A DNA stretch of 64,000 nt from Octopus sinensis (GCF_006345805.1 NC_043018.1:15128001-15192000), one strand, 5' to 3'. Shown: positions 1 to 12,050, numbered from the stretch's first letter. Numbers and translations: made by a program. Notes: generated by a model not told the origin, from the sequence alone.

Positions 1-36
1 AATAATAATCATAATAATAATCATAATAATAATAAC

Positions 37-85
<49 letters not shown>

Positions 86-88
<3 letters not shown>

Positions 89-590
89 GCCCTAGTGCAG
101 TACCAGGCAGTGGCTCTCGTGGCTTCTGATCTTAACTGATTGGAAGTGTTATCATGTACGTTGGTTTGTCTTGGTATAAAAGATGGCCTACAGCAAATAT
201 TCTGCTCAGTACCACAAATTTGCTTGTCACTTGTTTGACATTAACCAGTTAAGCATGTCCCTTAGTGGCTGACGATATGTGCATCTCTGATCACGAGCAG
301 AAGTAGTGGGGGAGCATCATAGCCATGTGTTGGGAGGGATTCTTTGGGGTTTGAATAATTCACCTCTGGAAACATGGGTGGTTCTTTCAACATCCTTAAA
401 CAACCCTTATTCAGGGACCATTTGAACGGGAATTTTCTTCTCGACCAGAAGAAAATTCTAACTGGGCCCCACCTGCAAGGTCATGTGCTGTTTATCTTGA
501 TATAAGATCACCATGTCGTGCACATATGGTTGTGATGCATGTACCTAGTGTACCCTTATCCGACGGGTAGTCATGATGGGCATACTGGGC
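86..590 (-). mobile_element. Probable non-LTR retrotransposon 3' UTR fragment with (TTA)n tail at 1-85
   Basis: Non-coding block ending directly in a long trinucleotide tail. Family assignment is from recollection only. Confidence 0.35.
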
Positions 591-689
591 TGCTGCTATA
601 GCTTCAGGCCGACCAAAGCCTTGTGAGTGAATATAGTAGATGGAAACTGAAAGCCTGTCGTATATATGTATATATATATATATATATGT

Positions 690-950
690 ATCGTGGCCGT
701 TGCCAGCCTTGCCTGGCCTCTGTGCCAGTGGCACGTAAAAAGCACTATCCAATCGTGGCCGTTTGCCAGCCTCATCTGGCACGTAAAAAGCACCCACTAC
801 ACTCATGGAGTGGTTGGCATTAGGAAGGGCATCCAGCTGTAGAAACATTGCCAGATCAGACTGGGCCTGGTGCAGCCTTCTGGCTTCCCCAGTTGAACCG
901 TCCAACCCATACCAGCATGGAAAGCGGACGCTAAACGATGATGATGATGA
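690..950 (+). mobile_element. SINE/RTE-type 3' region with (GAT)n tail
   Basis: The motif ggcacgtaaaaagcac is repeated twice here and recurs at ~36925-36950; ttggcattagg(g)aag(g)gcatccag recurs at ~9390. Confidence 0.5.
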
Positions 951-1380
951 TGTATGTGTGTGTGTATATGTTTGAGTGTCTGTGTTTGTCCAACACCGCT
1001 TGACAACTGATGGTGGTGTGTTTACATCCCTGTAACTTAGCAGTTCGGCAAAAGAGACTGATAGAATAACTACTGTCCACAGTCAAATGACTGAAACAAG
1101 TAAAAGAATATTGTATACTTGAAAAGACATCCTTTACCTTACTCTCCTTTATTAGACTCACTCACTCTATCACTTCTGCTTTTATTCTCTTAGTCTTTCT
1201 TTCATCTCTCCCTATATTTCACTATCTGTTTGCTCAACAAACTGGCTATCTCTCTTTCTCTTTCCCCACTTATCTATATCTTCAATAATTTGTTTCCCTG
1301 TCCATTTCCGCCCCCCCCCCCCGGCTAGCATGGGTTGGACAATGTGTCATTGATGCACTGTTTACAACTCAATGCCCTGC

Positions 1381-1773
1381 TTTTCTCTTTTACTTGTTTC
1401 AGTCATTTGACTGTGGCCATGCTGGAGCACTGCCTTTAGTCGAGCAAATCAACCCCAGGACTTATTCTTTGTAAGCCTAGTACTTATTCTATCGGTCTCT
1501 TTTGCCGAACGGCTAAGTTACGGGGACGTAAACACGCCACCATCGGTTGTCAAGCGATGTTGGGGGGACAAACACAGACACACAAACATATATGTATATA
1601 TACATATACACGACGGGCTTCTTTCAGTTTCCGTCTACCAAATCCACTCACAAGGCTTTGGTCGGCCCGAAGCTATAGTAGAAGACACTTGCCCAAGGTG
1701 CCATGCAATGGGACTGAACCCGGAGCCATGTGGTTCGTAAGCAAACTACTTACCACACAGCCACTCCTACGCC
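1381..1773 (-). mobile_element. tRNA-derived SINE, family A (~400 bp, internal (TA)n/(TG)n, tail ...CAGTCAAATGACTGAAACAAGTAAAAGAG)
   Basis: More than 12 near-identical copies in the window, e.g. 5040-5567(+), 6088-6495(+), 13111-13478(-), 20455-21230(+, interrupted), 29524-29852(+), 35959-36366(-), 54775-55210(-), 57795-58206(-). Pol III A-box (TGGCTGTGTGG) and B-box (GGTTCAGTCCC)-like motifs. Confidence 0.85.
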
Positions 1774-2671
1774 TTTTGCTAACTTTTACAAAATTTTCAA
1801 GTTACAGGTATATACACACGAACACAGATCCACAAATGTACTTTTTCCCTCCAAACCTGTACAAACCAACAGCCTCCTCATACACAGGAAACAGACAAAC
1901 AGACACAGTTGAACACACATTTTGTAAACATATGGCTAACAAAGAAAATAATAACTCTCACCAGGAGCCCCCCCAAACCACTGGTTACAATCTCTCTCCT
2001 CCCTCCTCTCTCTCTCTGTCTCTCTCTATCTGTGTGTATGCGTGTGTGTGTATGTGTTTATAGATAATGTTTCTTTATTGGCCACACAGGGCTGCACAGA
2101 CAGAACAAATTACAAGGTAGAGCTTTTCTTTTGGGGTAAAAAAGAGGGGGTTGGTTTTCGATCAAAAGGGATCGTAAAAGGAAAGAAAGAGGACAAAAAA
2201 AGGGGAGGATTTTAAAAAAAGGGGGGGAGAGGGAAAAAAAGAAAAGGGGAGAGGAAAAAAGATAGATAGATAGATAGATAGATAAATAGATACATACATA
2301 CATGCATGCGTATGTGTATGTAAGTGTGTGTTTACAGCGGTCCAACAACCAGAGTTTTTTTTTATATTGTGTCTGGGTGTGTCCCATAACTTAGCGGTTC
2401 AACAAAACAATTCGACAAATAGAGATCGATAACATAAGTATCAGAATGAAATCAGTATCGGGGTCAACAATGATTACTTGAAGGTGGTGCACCAGTATGG
2501 CCGCACTGAAATAACCGAAACCAGTAAAACGAAAACAAAAGAAAAGATAAGTTTAGTATTACTATTTACTATATTTTCATAGAAATAAAACGATGGTTAA
2601 GAGTTAAGGAAGGGTGGGAATAGAGAGATAGTGAGAGAGGAAGAGTGGGTGAAAATACACTCGAATAGACT

Positions 2672-3819
2672 TATGATCAAAGTCGTTCCAGTCATGGCCA
2701 TCCCCCCATTTTTTTTTTCTATATGTAGAACTATATTGTATAATGTTTCCTTCCTTTTTTCAAAGACTATAAAGTGTGAATTGAGGGAATTTGCTATTAT
2801 ATCTGGCGATTTCAACGAGCTGTTGTTGATGTTTATTTAGCCTTGATCGAACAGGTAACTATCAAAGTCGTTCCAGTCATGGCCATCCCCCATTTTTTTT
2901 TTATATATGTAGAACTATATTGTATAATGTTTCCTTCCTTTTTTCAAAGACTATAAAGTGTGAATTGAGGGAATTTGCTATTATATCTGGCGATTTCAAC
3001 GAGCTGTTGTTGATGTTTATTTAGCCTTGATCGAACAGGTAACTATCAAAGTCGTTCCAGTCATGGCCATCCCCCATTTTTTTTTTATATATGTAGAACT
3101 ATATTGTATAATGTTTCCTTCCTTTTTTCAAAGACTATAAAGTGTGAATTGAGGGAATTTGCTATTATATCTGGCGATTTCAACGAGCTGTTGTTGATGT
3201 TTATTTAGCCTTGATCACACACGCCCATGGGGGTGCCCTAATTAGGGCGTTGATTATAAATGAATGAGGGTCTCATTGGAATGATACCCTAGAGACAGAG
3301 ATATTGACGAAATAAAAAAGTGGGATGTGAGATGATGTGAATCTAAGGACCGACTGTAATGTCCCAAATTCTTTTGACAAACAAGTCTACATCGGAATAA
3401 AATTCAGGGTAATTTTAAGCAAGATACATAGCAAAAGTATTCTTTCTTTCTGCGATTTTCGTGTTCTTCACTTCTGTTTTTCGAAAGCTTTTCATATGAA
3501 CCAACGATCTGCTAGAAATAGTAACCATATTCCCTTTCGAGTCATACGCCGCCGTTTTAAAGACGGGAAAGACACGTTGATTGACGATCATATAAGTATG
3601 GAATGGTCATGACTGGAACGTCTTTGATACAGTTACCTGTTCGATCAAGGCTAAAACATCAACAACAGCTCGCTGAAATCGCCAGATATAATAGCGAAAT
3701 TCCCTCAATTCACACTTTATAGTCTTTGAAAAAAGGAAGGAAACATTATACAATATAGTTCTACATATAGAAGAAAAAAAAAAGGGGGGATGGCCATGAC
3801 TGGAACGACTTTGATCATG
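2672..3819. repeat. Three tandem ~184-bp units (2676-2860, 2861-3044, 3045-3216) plus an inverted near-identical copy (3603-3819)
   Basis: Direct reading. The units differ mainly in homopolymer length; the right arm is the reverse complement with only a few differences. Confidence 0.9.
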
Positions 3820-4241
3820 AGACTATACGATCAGAGCAGATTTAGGGATAGAGAACAACAACAACAACACTTGCAGATGATGAGACTCGAAGAATTGGAA
3901 GAAAAAGGTTGAGAATAAACTCACCAAGTGGCTCTTAGTGTTTTGGAGTTTTTCACAAACAATATTCGGTGATGGAGGAAAATATCCCCGCAACATAAAA
4001 AGTCCCCCCAAAGAATCAACGTCGGGTGGGGGGAACCTCAGTACAATCGCTCATCCTGTAAGAAATAGATGCCAAATATACCGCAAATCACTATCTCCGT
4101 CTTTAAAAGAACTAATTGGATAATTTCCGAAAGGAAAAAAAAAAAAAATCACAGATGAGATGGTCACGGTTCGAAAGTTTTCGATTATAATACAACTCAA
4201 TTAGGGTAGCTTTGAGGTGAGACTATAAATCTTGGGCGTAA

Positions 4242-4416
4242 CTTCGGTATACGTACCCGAAGTACTGGATACATTTCATGAAAGTGTTTTTTTTATTATA
4301 TATATATGGGGGGGGGTTAGGGTTAGGGTTCGGGTTAGGGGGGGAGAAAAGGGTTTCTGTTATCTTCAGAAATGTAAACAAAGCCACCTCCGGTACTTAC
4401 GGTACGTATACCGAAG
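4242..4416. mobile_element. MITE-like element with ~28-bp imperfect TIRs (16 bp perfect) and a central (TTAGGG)n/G-tract
   Basis: cttcggtatacgtacc (4242) and ggtacgtataccgaag (ends 4416); gggttagggttagggttcgggttaggg at 4308-4344. Confidence 0.6.
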
Positions 4417-5223
4417 AATCACCAAATCTTGTATTTCTACTTCTCTTTATATGATCGCTCAACCTGCTAAAAATAGCAGCCAAATCTCTCTGAAACTACG
4501 CCCTACCGACTAAAAACCGAATAGATACTTGGGAGAATGTTGCCCTAGATAGGTAATGCCCGAATAAAAGACGGGATGGCATTCGAAAGAATGCCGACGG
4601 GATGCCTGGTCATGGGTGGAATACCTTTGATCCTAAAGTCGAATGGAGCAAAGTTAATACGTGGTTAAATAGCAACAATAAACAGAATGTGCAGATTGTA
4701 CAACGGAGAGACAACTCTGCAGTAGAACCATTGGGTAATTGGAAATGTGTAGAACGGAATATCGTAAACGTTCGATTAGGGAATCACATGGAAAGGTGAG
4801 CCAACGACGTGCAGCGTGCCTTTGCTGTCCGACGTGTGGGTCACGCTTCAACTTCGTTTGATTTAATACGAAACGAATTTAATGAAACAAAAGCGAACTT
4901 TAATTCGCTTTGGCAGTATTATAAGTGAACTTAAATTTGTTTCTTATTAAATTCAACGAAGTTGTCATTTAACTCCTGGTCAGCAACCTTCCATCAGATC
5001 TTTGGTAAAGAAAAAAAAAACAAAACAAAACTTGACCATAGGCGCAGGAGTGGCTGTGTGGTAAGAAGCTTACTTCCCAACCACATGGTTCCGGGTTCAG
5101 TCTCACTGCATGGCACCTTGAGCAAGTGTCTTCTACTTATAGCCTCGGGCCGACCAATGCCTTGTGAGTGGATTTGGTAGACGGAAACTGAAAGAAGCCC
5201 GTCGTATATATGTATATATATAT

Positions 5224-5288
<65 letters not shown>

Positions 5289-5372
5289 TCTTCTGCTATA
5301 GCCCCGGCCGGCCGACCAATGCCTTGTGAGTGGATTGGTAGACGGAAACTGAAAGAAGCCTGTCGATATATG

Positions 5373-5409
<37 letters not shown>

Positions 5410-6749
5410 CTGTGTTGTCCCCCTAGCATTGCTTGACAAACGATGCTGGTGTGTTTACGTCCCCGTCACTTAGCGGTTCGGCAAAAGAGACCGATAGAAT
5501 AAGTACTAAAGGCGGTGCTCCAGCATGGCCGCAGTCAAATGACTGAAACAAGTAAAAGAGTAAAAGACTATAATAGTTTTCTAAAAAAAACAATTTAAGC
5601 TTTTTTTTTTCCATGTCAATCGCAAATGATAATTTTCTACTTTCGTTTTACAATTATAAATGTTTCTTTTATATATAATCGACTTAATCCGTCTGTCTGT
5701 CCTTGTTTGTCCTGTCTGTGTTTAGCCCCTTGTGGGTAGTAAAGAAATTGGTATTTCGTCCGTCTTTACGTTCTGAGTACAAATTTCGCCGAGGTCGACT
5801 TTTTCCTTTCATCCTTTCGGGGTGGATAAATTAAGTACCAGTTGCGTACTGGGGTTGATCTAATCGACTGGCCCTACTCCCCCAAATTTCAGGCCTTGTG
5901 CCTAGAGTTGAAAAGAATAGCCATTTGAGAGGTTTCCCAGCCCCCCCCCCCAACTTTTCAGCCTAAGGTGGTGAATTGTTTTTTTTCTCTCTTTTTTTCT
6001 TTCTTTTATTTTTAATCATCAATTTCTTCGATTATGTTCCCTGTTTTGTCCAAATTTCTAATTTAATTTTGTAAAACTATCGAAATAGGCGCAGGAGTGG
6101 CTGTATGGTTATATAGCTTGCTTACCAACCACATGGTTCCGGGTTCAGTCCCACTGCGTGGCACCATGGGCAAGTGTCTTCTGCTATAGCCTCGGGCTGA
6201 CCGAAGCCTTGTGAGTGGATTTGGTAGACGGAAACTGAAAGAAGCCCGTCGTATATATGTATATATATGTATGTGTATGTGTGTGTGTTTGTGTGTTTGT
6301 GTTTGTCTCCCTAGCATTGCTTGACAACCGATGCTGGTGTGTTTATGTCCCCGTTACTTAGCGGTTCGGCAAAAGAGACCGATAGAATAAGTACTGGGCT
6401 TACAAAGTATAAGTCCCGGGGTCGAGTTGCTCGACTAAAGGCGGTGCTCCAGCATGGCCGCAGTCAAATGACTGAAACTAGTAAAAGAGTAAGAGAGTGA
6501 ATAAAATAATTATGCTGCCAGTCAAACAGTAAAGCTACCTTAAACGTTCAGTTAATAAAGGAAACTAGTTTTTCCACCACACGGACATTAACAACCAATT
6601 AAACTGCAAGCTGAGCCCGAGTGAGATTTTAGAACTAATATTTTTCTTTGTCATGGATAGACCCATGACCACAGCAGTGACCTCAACAGGAAAATCTAAA
6701 AATACGATAACTGACTGGTACAATATGTGCCGCGAGGTGTGTGGAGCCA

Positions 6750-6975
6750 CGAACTGGCAGAAACGTTAGCACGCCGGGCGAAATGCGTAGCCGTATTTCG
6801 TCTGCCGTTACGTTCTGGGTTCAAATTCTGCCGAGGTCGACTTTGTCTTTCATCCTTTCGGGGTCGATAGAATAAGTACCAGTTACGCACTGGGGTCGAT
6901 GTAATCGACTTAATCCGTCTGTCTGTCCTTGTTTGTCCTCTCTGTGTTTAGCCCCTTGTGGGTAGTAAAGAAATA
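6750..6975 (+). mobile_element. tRNA-derived SINE, family B (GGCGAGCTGGCAGAA...GTTCAAATTCC...)
   Basis: Copies also at 5680-5920, 9680-10050 (nested, 13-bp TSD ttaataagtacc), 15940-16500, 18225-18385, 23573-23990 (14-bp TSD ctaccactaaaacc), 27550-27780, 51345-51730, 58690-58855, 61925-62162 (15-bp TSD attccatcaatatgt). Confidence 0.85.
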
Positions 6976-7019
6976 TATCACGAAAGACGAGGAAAGAATT
7001 TTGGAACAAACGATAACCC

Positions 7020-7420
7020 CATTCAGATCGAAGAAGCAAGATTTGCTGCTCGATGAAGATACAATTGAGGAAGAATACTGAATGGCAACAACGCTCCTCT
7101 CTTCGAGGACAGTGATGCAGAATAACGAAACAACGGGAACCGTGGACGTAGAATTGATGGGTTTTGGGGTTTTTGGTCTCAAACAAGGCTCAGACTGTCG
7201 ATTCTTTTGTGTGGAACGGCGTGACGGGAACAGTCTGATCCCAATTGTTGAAAGAGAATGTGAAAATGGTTCACTAATTCAGATGAGTAGCCCGCTTATA
7301 TTAATTTAAACGCCATAGGTTATCACCACTTGACAGTGAACTATCAACGACATTATGTGGATCCAGTAACCAGAGCCCACACTCATGCCATTGAGTGATT
7401 ATGGTTAGATGATAAATCTA
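7020..7420 (+). pseudogene. Merlin (IS1016/IS1595-like) DDE transposase relic
   Basis: Frameshifted translation gives IQIEEARF..R*RYN*GR...GRRIDG, then VERRDGNSLIPIVERECENGSLI, then GYHHLTVNY..YVDPVTRAHTHAIE, matching Merlin/ISXO2 motifs. Confidence 0.75.
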
Positions 7421-7830
7421 TGATTCTGGTAAAAAAAAAAAAAAAAAAAATCTCCGTGAAATATCTGAAATTTTTTAATCGTTGAAATATCTGAAGTGTT
7501 TTTGTCTCTGAAATATGTGGAAATATCAGAAAGACAAGGTAGATAACCCTGTTTGACTGTTTATGATACTGGCTCCAATAATGTGAATAAAAATAGAACC
7601 ATGACCATTGTAGCTTTCATTCGGACTGTATATAATGGAGAAGAGTTATTTGAGGGAAATTTGGCGGATCTGTTTTAATCTTAGCCACAGAGTTTTTAAT
7701 TATTTCTTTTTTCAACTAAACAGTTTGAAACTTTGGATACTGGTTGAATGTATCATGTACAACACGGTTTACTCTTAACGTTTTTGACACCACACACCAC
7801 ACACACACACACACTATATATATATAATAT

Positions 7831-7866
<36 letters not shown>

Positions 7867-7963
7867 CCGGAGTAAACACATAAATGTGAAACAAGGTGGA
7901 AAAAAGAGTACTCAAATACCAGTGGTAGAGTAATATGCTTTATTTAAAGCAGCAGAAAATTCA

Positions 7964-8015
7964 ACAAAACCTGTTACTCTGAGTTTCCCGTTGCCGTTCA
8001 TCGGACAGTTTTTGC
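7964..8015 (-). ncRNA. Minimal type I hammerhead ribozyme motif in a PLE-type terminal fragment (7870-8015)
   Basis: Minus strand: GCAAAAACTGT-CCGATGA-A-CG-GCAA-CG-G-GAAA-CTC-A-GAGT-A|ACAGGTTTTGT. Stem I has 11 positions (one A.G mismatch, one G.U); stem II is 2 bp with a GCAA loop; stem III is palindromic ACTC/GAGT; cleavage triplet GUA. The core has U4>C. Confidence 0.65.
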
Positions 8016-8017
8016 TA

Positions 8018-8264
8018 GTGGGTTGGTGCATAATTATTGCGGCTTTATTTCGACAAATTTTATTGAACAAAAACATCTTATTTAACAAAAACATCTTTAA
8101 ATGGCGGTCTGACCGTCTGCCAAGCAAATAGGGAGCAGTAATTGAAGTAGATGGTGAATATGCTCCGGAATAATCATTTCAAGATGTTTTTGTTACATGT
8201 TGTTATTGTTTTTGTTGAATAAAATTTGTTGAAAAAAAGCCGCAATAGTTATGCACCAACCCAA
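8018..8264. mobile_element. Mariner-family MITE
   Basis: TIRs gtgggttggtgcataattattgcggc / gccgcaatagttatgcaccaacccaa with TA on both sides. The interior retains a transposase C-terminal remnant (AVIEVDGEYAPE*). Confidence 0.75.
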
Positions 8265-8270
8265 TACATA

Positions 8271-8865
8271 CAGGGATTGCACAAATTAATGGAAACACCT
8301 TAAAATGTCAAACAAATTTATTTTAATATGGGGTAGGACCGCCTTTGGCACTAATTACAGCTTGAATTCTACGAGGTATGGACTCGTACAAAGTTTGAAT
8401 AATTTCCGAAGGAATTTTTGTCCATTCTTCAGCTAAAACAGTCTCCAATTCTTGTAGTGATGATGGCGGAGAATATTGATTCCTTACTTGTTTTTCTAAA
8501 ATGCTCCAAAAATGTTCAATAATATTGAGATCTGGGGACTGTGGTGGCCAGATAATGTGTTCAACTTCACTAGAATGTTCTTCGTGCCATTCAGTAACAG
8601 CTTTAACTGTGTGAATTGGTGCATTATTATCCAGAAAGATTGCATTTTCCCCCGGAAACAGCAGATTTCCAAAATACAAACCCCACCCCAGATCATCACC
8701 GATCCTCCTCCATGTTTAACATTTGGAGGCAGTCTGGATCAAAGAAGGCAGTCTGGATCAAATGCTTCTTTTGGCTGTCTTCACATGTATACTTGGCTGG
8801 TGGTCGGAAATAAGGTAAAGGATGACTCATCCAAGAAATAACATTCTTCCACTGCTCTAGAGAGT
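8271..8865 (-). mobile_element. Tc1 (DD34E) transposon, 5'-truncated, with 3' TIR
   Basis: DES motif near 8825; ORF 8323-8679 carries DNNAPIH and WPPQSPDLNIIEHFW...KGGPTPY*. TA then CAGGGATTGC...GGAAACACC terminus at 8271. Confidence 0.85.
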
Positions 8866-8949
8866 GACTTGTGCTTTCAGGTGCTGGTGCCACTTAAAAA
8901 GTGCCCATGCCAGTGCCGCATTAAAGGACCCGTGCTGGTGGTGTGTTAG

Positions 8950-9331
8950 GGAAGCACTCCGTCGGTTACGACGATGAGGGTTCCGGTTGATCCGAATCAA
9001 CGGAACAGCCTGCTCGTGAAATTAACGTGTAAGTGGCTGAGCACTCCACAGACACGTGCACCCTTAACGTAGTTCTCGGGGATATTCAGCGTGACACAGA
9101 GAGTGACAAGGCCGGCCTCTTGAAATACAGGTACAACAGAAACAGGAAGTAAGAGTGAGAGAAAGTTGTGGTGAAAGAGTACAGCAGGGATCACCACCAT
9201 CCCCTGCCGGAGCCTCGTGGAGCTTTGGGTGTTTTCGCTCAATAAATACTCACAACGCCCGGTCTGGGAATCGAAACCGCGATCCTATGACCGCGAGTCC
9301 GCTGCCCTAACCACTGGGCCATTGCGCCTCC
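8950..9331 (-). mobile_element. tRNA-derived SINE, family C
   Basis: Head GGAGGCGCAATGGCCCAGTGGTTAG...GGTTTCGATTCC. Second copy at 10367-10747 with 11-bp TSD ttctatcacgt; related copy at 21325-21645. Confidence 0.8.
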
Positions 9332-10999
9332 ATTGGTGGTGTGTAAACGCACATATGCCAGTGGAATGTAGAAAGCACGACTTAAGTAGTTGGCATTAGG
9401 GAAGGCATCCAGTCATAGAAACCATTCCACAACAGACAACTGTAGTCTGGACCGCTGCATGCAAGCCAGCTCTATGTCAAAACAGTTTGTTCTGGATGGA
9501 ACATGAATTGGGTGCTCTCTGACATTGTACCAGCAGCAGAGGCGTGTACTCTGTATACAGTAAATGTCAATGCAGAGAATAATGTGTAATGACAGCAGAG
9601 AGACCAGAAATGGTTTGTTGATCTATGCTGGTATCTGTAGTCAGTTCCTTGATCCAAGAGTACAAAAAAAATGACTACAGATTGACTTTGCCTTTTCATC
9701 CTTTCGGGGTCGATTAATAAGTACCTATTTCTTTACTACCCACAAGGGGCTAAACACAGAGGAGACAAACAAGAACAGACAAACGGATTAAGTCGATTAC
9801 ATCGACCCCAGTGCGTAACTGGTACTTAATTTATCGACCCCGAAAAGATGACAGGCAAAGTCGACCTTGGCGGATTTGAACTCAGAACGTAACGGCAGAC
9901 GAAATACGGCTACGCATTTCGCCCGGGGTGCTAACGCTTCTGCCAGCTCGCCGCCTTATTAATAAGTACCAGTTACGCACTGGGGTCGATGTAATCGACT
10001 TAATCCCTTTGTCTGTCCTTGTTTGTCCTCTCTATGTTTAGCCCCCTGTGGGCAATAAAGAAATAAAAAAAAAGTTCTCTTCTCTCTTAGCTCCACGTTA
10101 CTTTCGTCGTTCAATGTCACTGGTCTGTATCTGGGAGTTGATGTTTGCTTTGTATTTTGTCATTCGTTAATGTTTCATAGTTAATCGTGTCTTTGGTAGT
10201 GAAATTCTCTACTGAATGATAATGTTATCAGCTAATATTTTTCTTTCTGGTTTTATTTAGTAATGCGCTGTAATTTGCAAATTATTTTAAATGCAGGTTC
10301 AACGACAGAGTCTGTCACAATCTAAATATGTGAAATCTTGTTTCCAGGGTTTCTATCACGTGGAATGGAAGCACTCCGTCGGTTACGACGACGAGGGTTC
10401 CGGTTGATCCGATCAACAGAACAGCCTGCTCGTGAAATTAACGTGTAAGTGGCTGAGCACTCCACAGACACGTGTACCCTTAACGTAGTTCTCGGGGATA
10501 TTCAGCGTGACACAGAGAGTGGCAAGGCTGGCCCTTTGAAATACAGGTACAACAGAAACAGGAAGTAAGAGTGAGAGAAAGTTGTGGTGAAAGAATACAG
10601 CAGGGATCACCACCATCTCTGCCGGAGCCTCGTGGAGCTTTTAGGTGATTTCGCTCAATAAACACTCACAACGCCCGGTCTGGGAATCAAAACCGCGATC
10701 CTACGACCGCGAGTCCGCTGCCCTAACCACCGGGCCATTGCGCCTCCACTTCTATCACGTACGACGTTCCTAAACAAACAGGAAACGACATGACAGTAGA
10801 CAAGCAAGTTTTCCACGATAAAACGAACCTGCCCTCCACAAAATCTCAGTACCATAGCCAATATTAGTAATCCATAAACACCTTCAGACACACTACATCA
10901 ACAATCGGTTCTCATAGTTACTGACTTAGAAACCACTACTGCAAAAACTGAAGGTGTTCAGGGACTGCTTTTTTTCTTCCGAAGCGAGACACGGGAAGT

Positions 11000-11520
11000 C
11001 TTCGTCGGCATATGTGAACGAGGTCACTGAATGGACTCTAACAAGATAGAAGTCCAGGTGTTCTGAATACGAGTCACTGACGGGCAGACCTCAGATACGA
11101 GGATTCATTAGACTTGCATCTCAGCACCTGGTAAGGCAAGTGCATATGATCGGGCCGCTTCGTGGTACACTGGACAAACAGATTGGTTAAATAGTTTGAA
11201 ATTTGGTTTGGTCTGGATTTCCTGGTAGTTAGGAACCATCCCAAGCCAATTACACCACCTCTTTCGCAATAGTCACCAGACAGAAGAAAATTGCGTGTCT
11301 AATCCATTTAAAGGAGGTTAGTAGGGGCAATATTCACGACAGAGTTCGCTGATAGTCGGATCTGTAACAACGCCTGTTCGACAAAACTCCAGAAGTCAGC
11401 AATAGTAAGAGTCTGCACGGGTGCATGCAGCACGCGTTCGTCCCTTTGCATGCATCTCAACAAGCCCACCTCGAACCATTGTCTGGTATCAGAAGTAATC
11501 TCCATTTTCATGTTATCAAG
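11000..11520 (-). pseudogene. Tx1/L1-clade LINE ORF2 C-terminal relic
   Basis: RCMQRDERVLHAPVQ...ADFWSFVEQAL...LSANSVVNIAP and FFCLVTIAKEVV resemble the CCHC/zf-RVT region of Tx1-like elements. Confidence 0.55.
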
Positions 11521-11698
11521 TGTTCGGTGCTAGGAATATTAACATAGAAATAAAACTGCTAGGTATTGTCTCCATCATAGTGTCAGCAATGATTTGACAT
11601 CAGAATCATCTCTGTTGTGTTGTCAATAAGAATTTCATGTTACAAATATAATCTGTGTCAACTTCAGCATGAGGTACATGTTTCAAATTGTCTTGCTT

Positions 11699-12050
11699 TC
11701 ATCTTTTATACAATACGGTGACATAGTTTGTGGCTTTCATATTACATTCAGGTGCGGTCCTAGGAATTTTTCGAAGGTAGGGCACAAGGTCAGAAGGGAG
11801 TACAATTCCAGGGGAAAAAAGTGTAATAACATTATTTAGAAGGGCGCACTTCTTTTCTTGAGCCTGGATTCTTCTTTCAATTTCTGCTGTCAGTGTCCAT
11901 GTCTCACGGACATATAGGAATATTGAGACCACTAGTGATCTCATTAGCCTAATTTTGGAGCTCAGTGAGATATTTCTGTCTTTCCACAGTGTTCTGAATT
12001 TAGTTATTGCTGCTGTTGTTGTTTTGGCAATGCGGGATATCACTTCAGGC
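11699..12050 (-). pseudogene. RTE-clade LINE ORF fragment (post-RT region)
   Basis: RIAKTTTAAITKFRTLWKDRNISLSSKIRLMRSLVVSIFLYVRETWTLTAEIERRIQA is a typical RTE motif. Confidence 0.8.

Noticed and set aside
2667-3824. AGACT as the 5-bp TSD of a TIR transposon
   Set aside because: SINE homology continues past both apparent ends (gatcataagtctattcga vs gatcatgagactatacga), so the match may be a pseudo-palindrome rather than a TSD.
3823-4011. Minus-strand mini-exon with G|GTGAGT donor at ~3922
   Set aside because: No recognisable protein similarity, no acceptor or partner exon, and it lies among SINE relics.
4308-4344. Telomere or interstitial telomere fusion site
   Set aside because: Only ~4 imperfect units, enclosed by TIRs.
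4602-4799. 65-aa ORF followed by a GTGAG donor
   Set aside because: Its start overlaps an old SINE tail, there is an in-frame stop just upstream, and no downstream exon or protein motif was found.
9250-9331. tRNA gene-like sequences (also 10670-10747, 21570-21645, 24895-24965)
   Set aside because: They have A/B boxes but run into shared SINE bodies, and no complete acceptor stem was seen; these are SINE heads, not tRNA genes.
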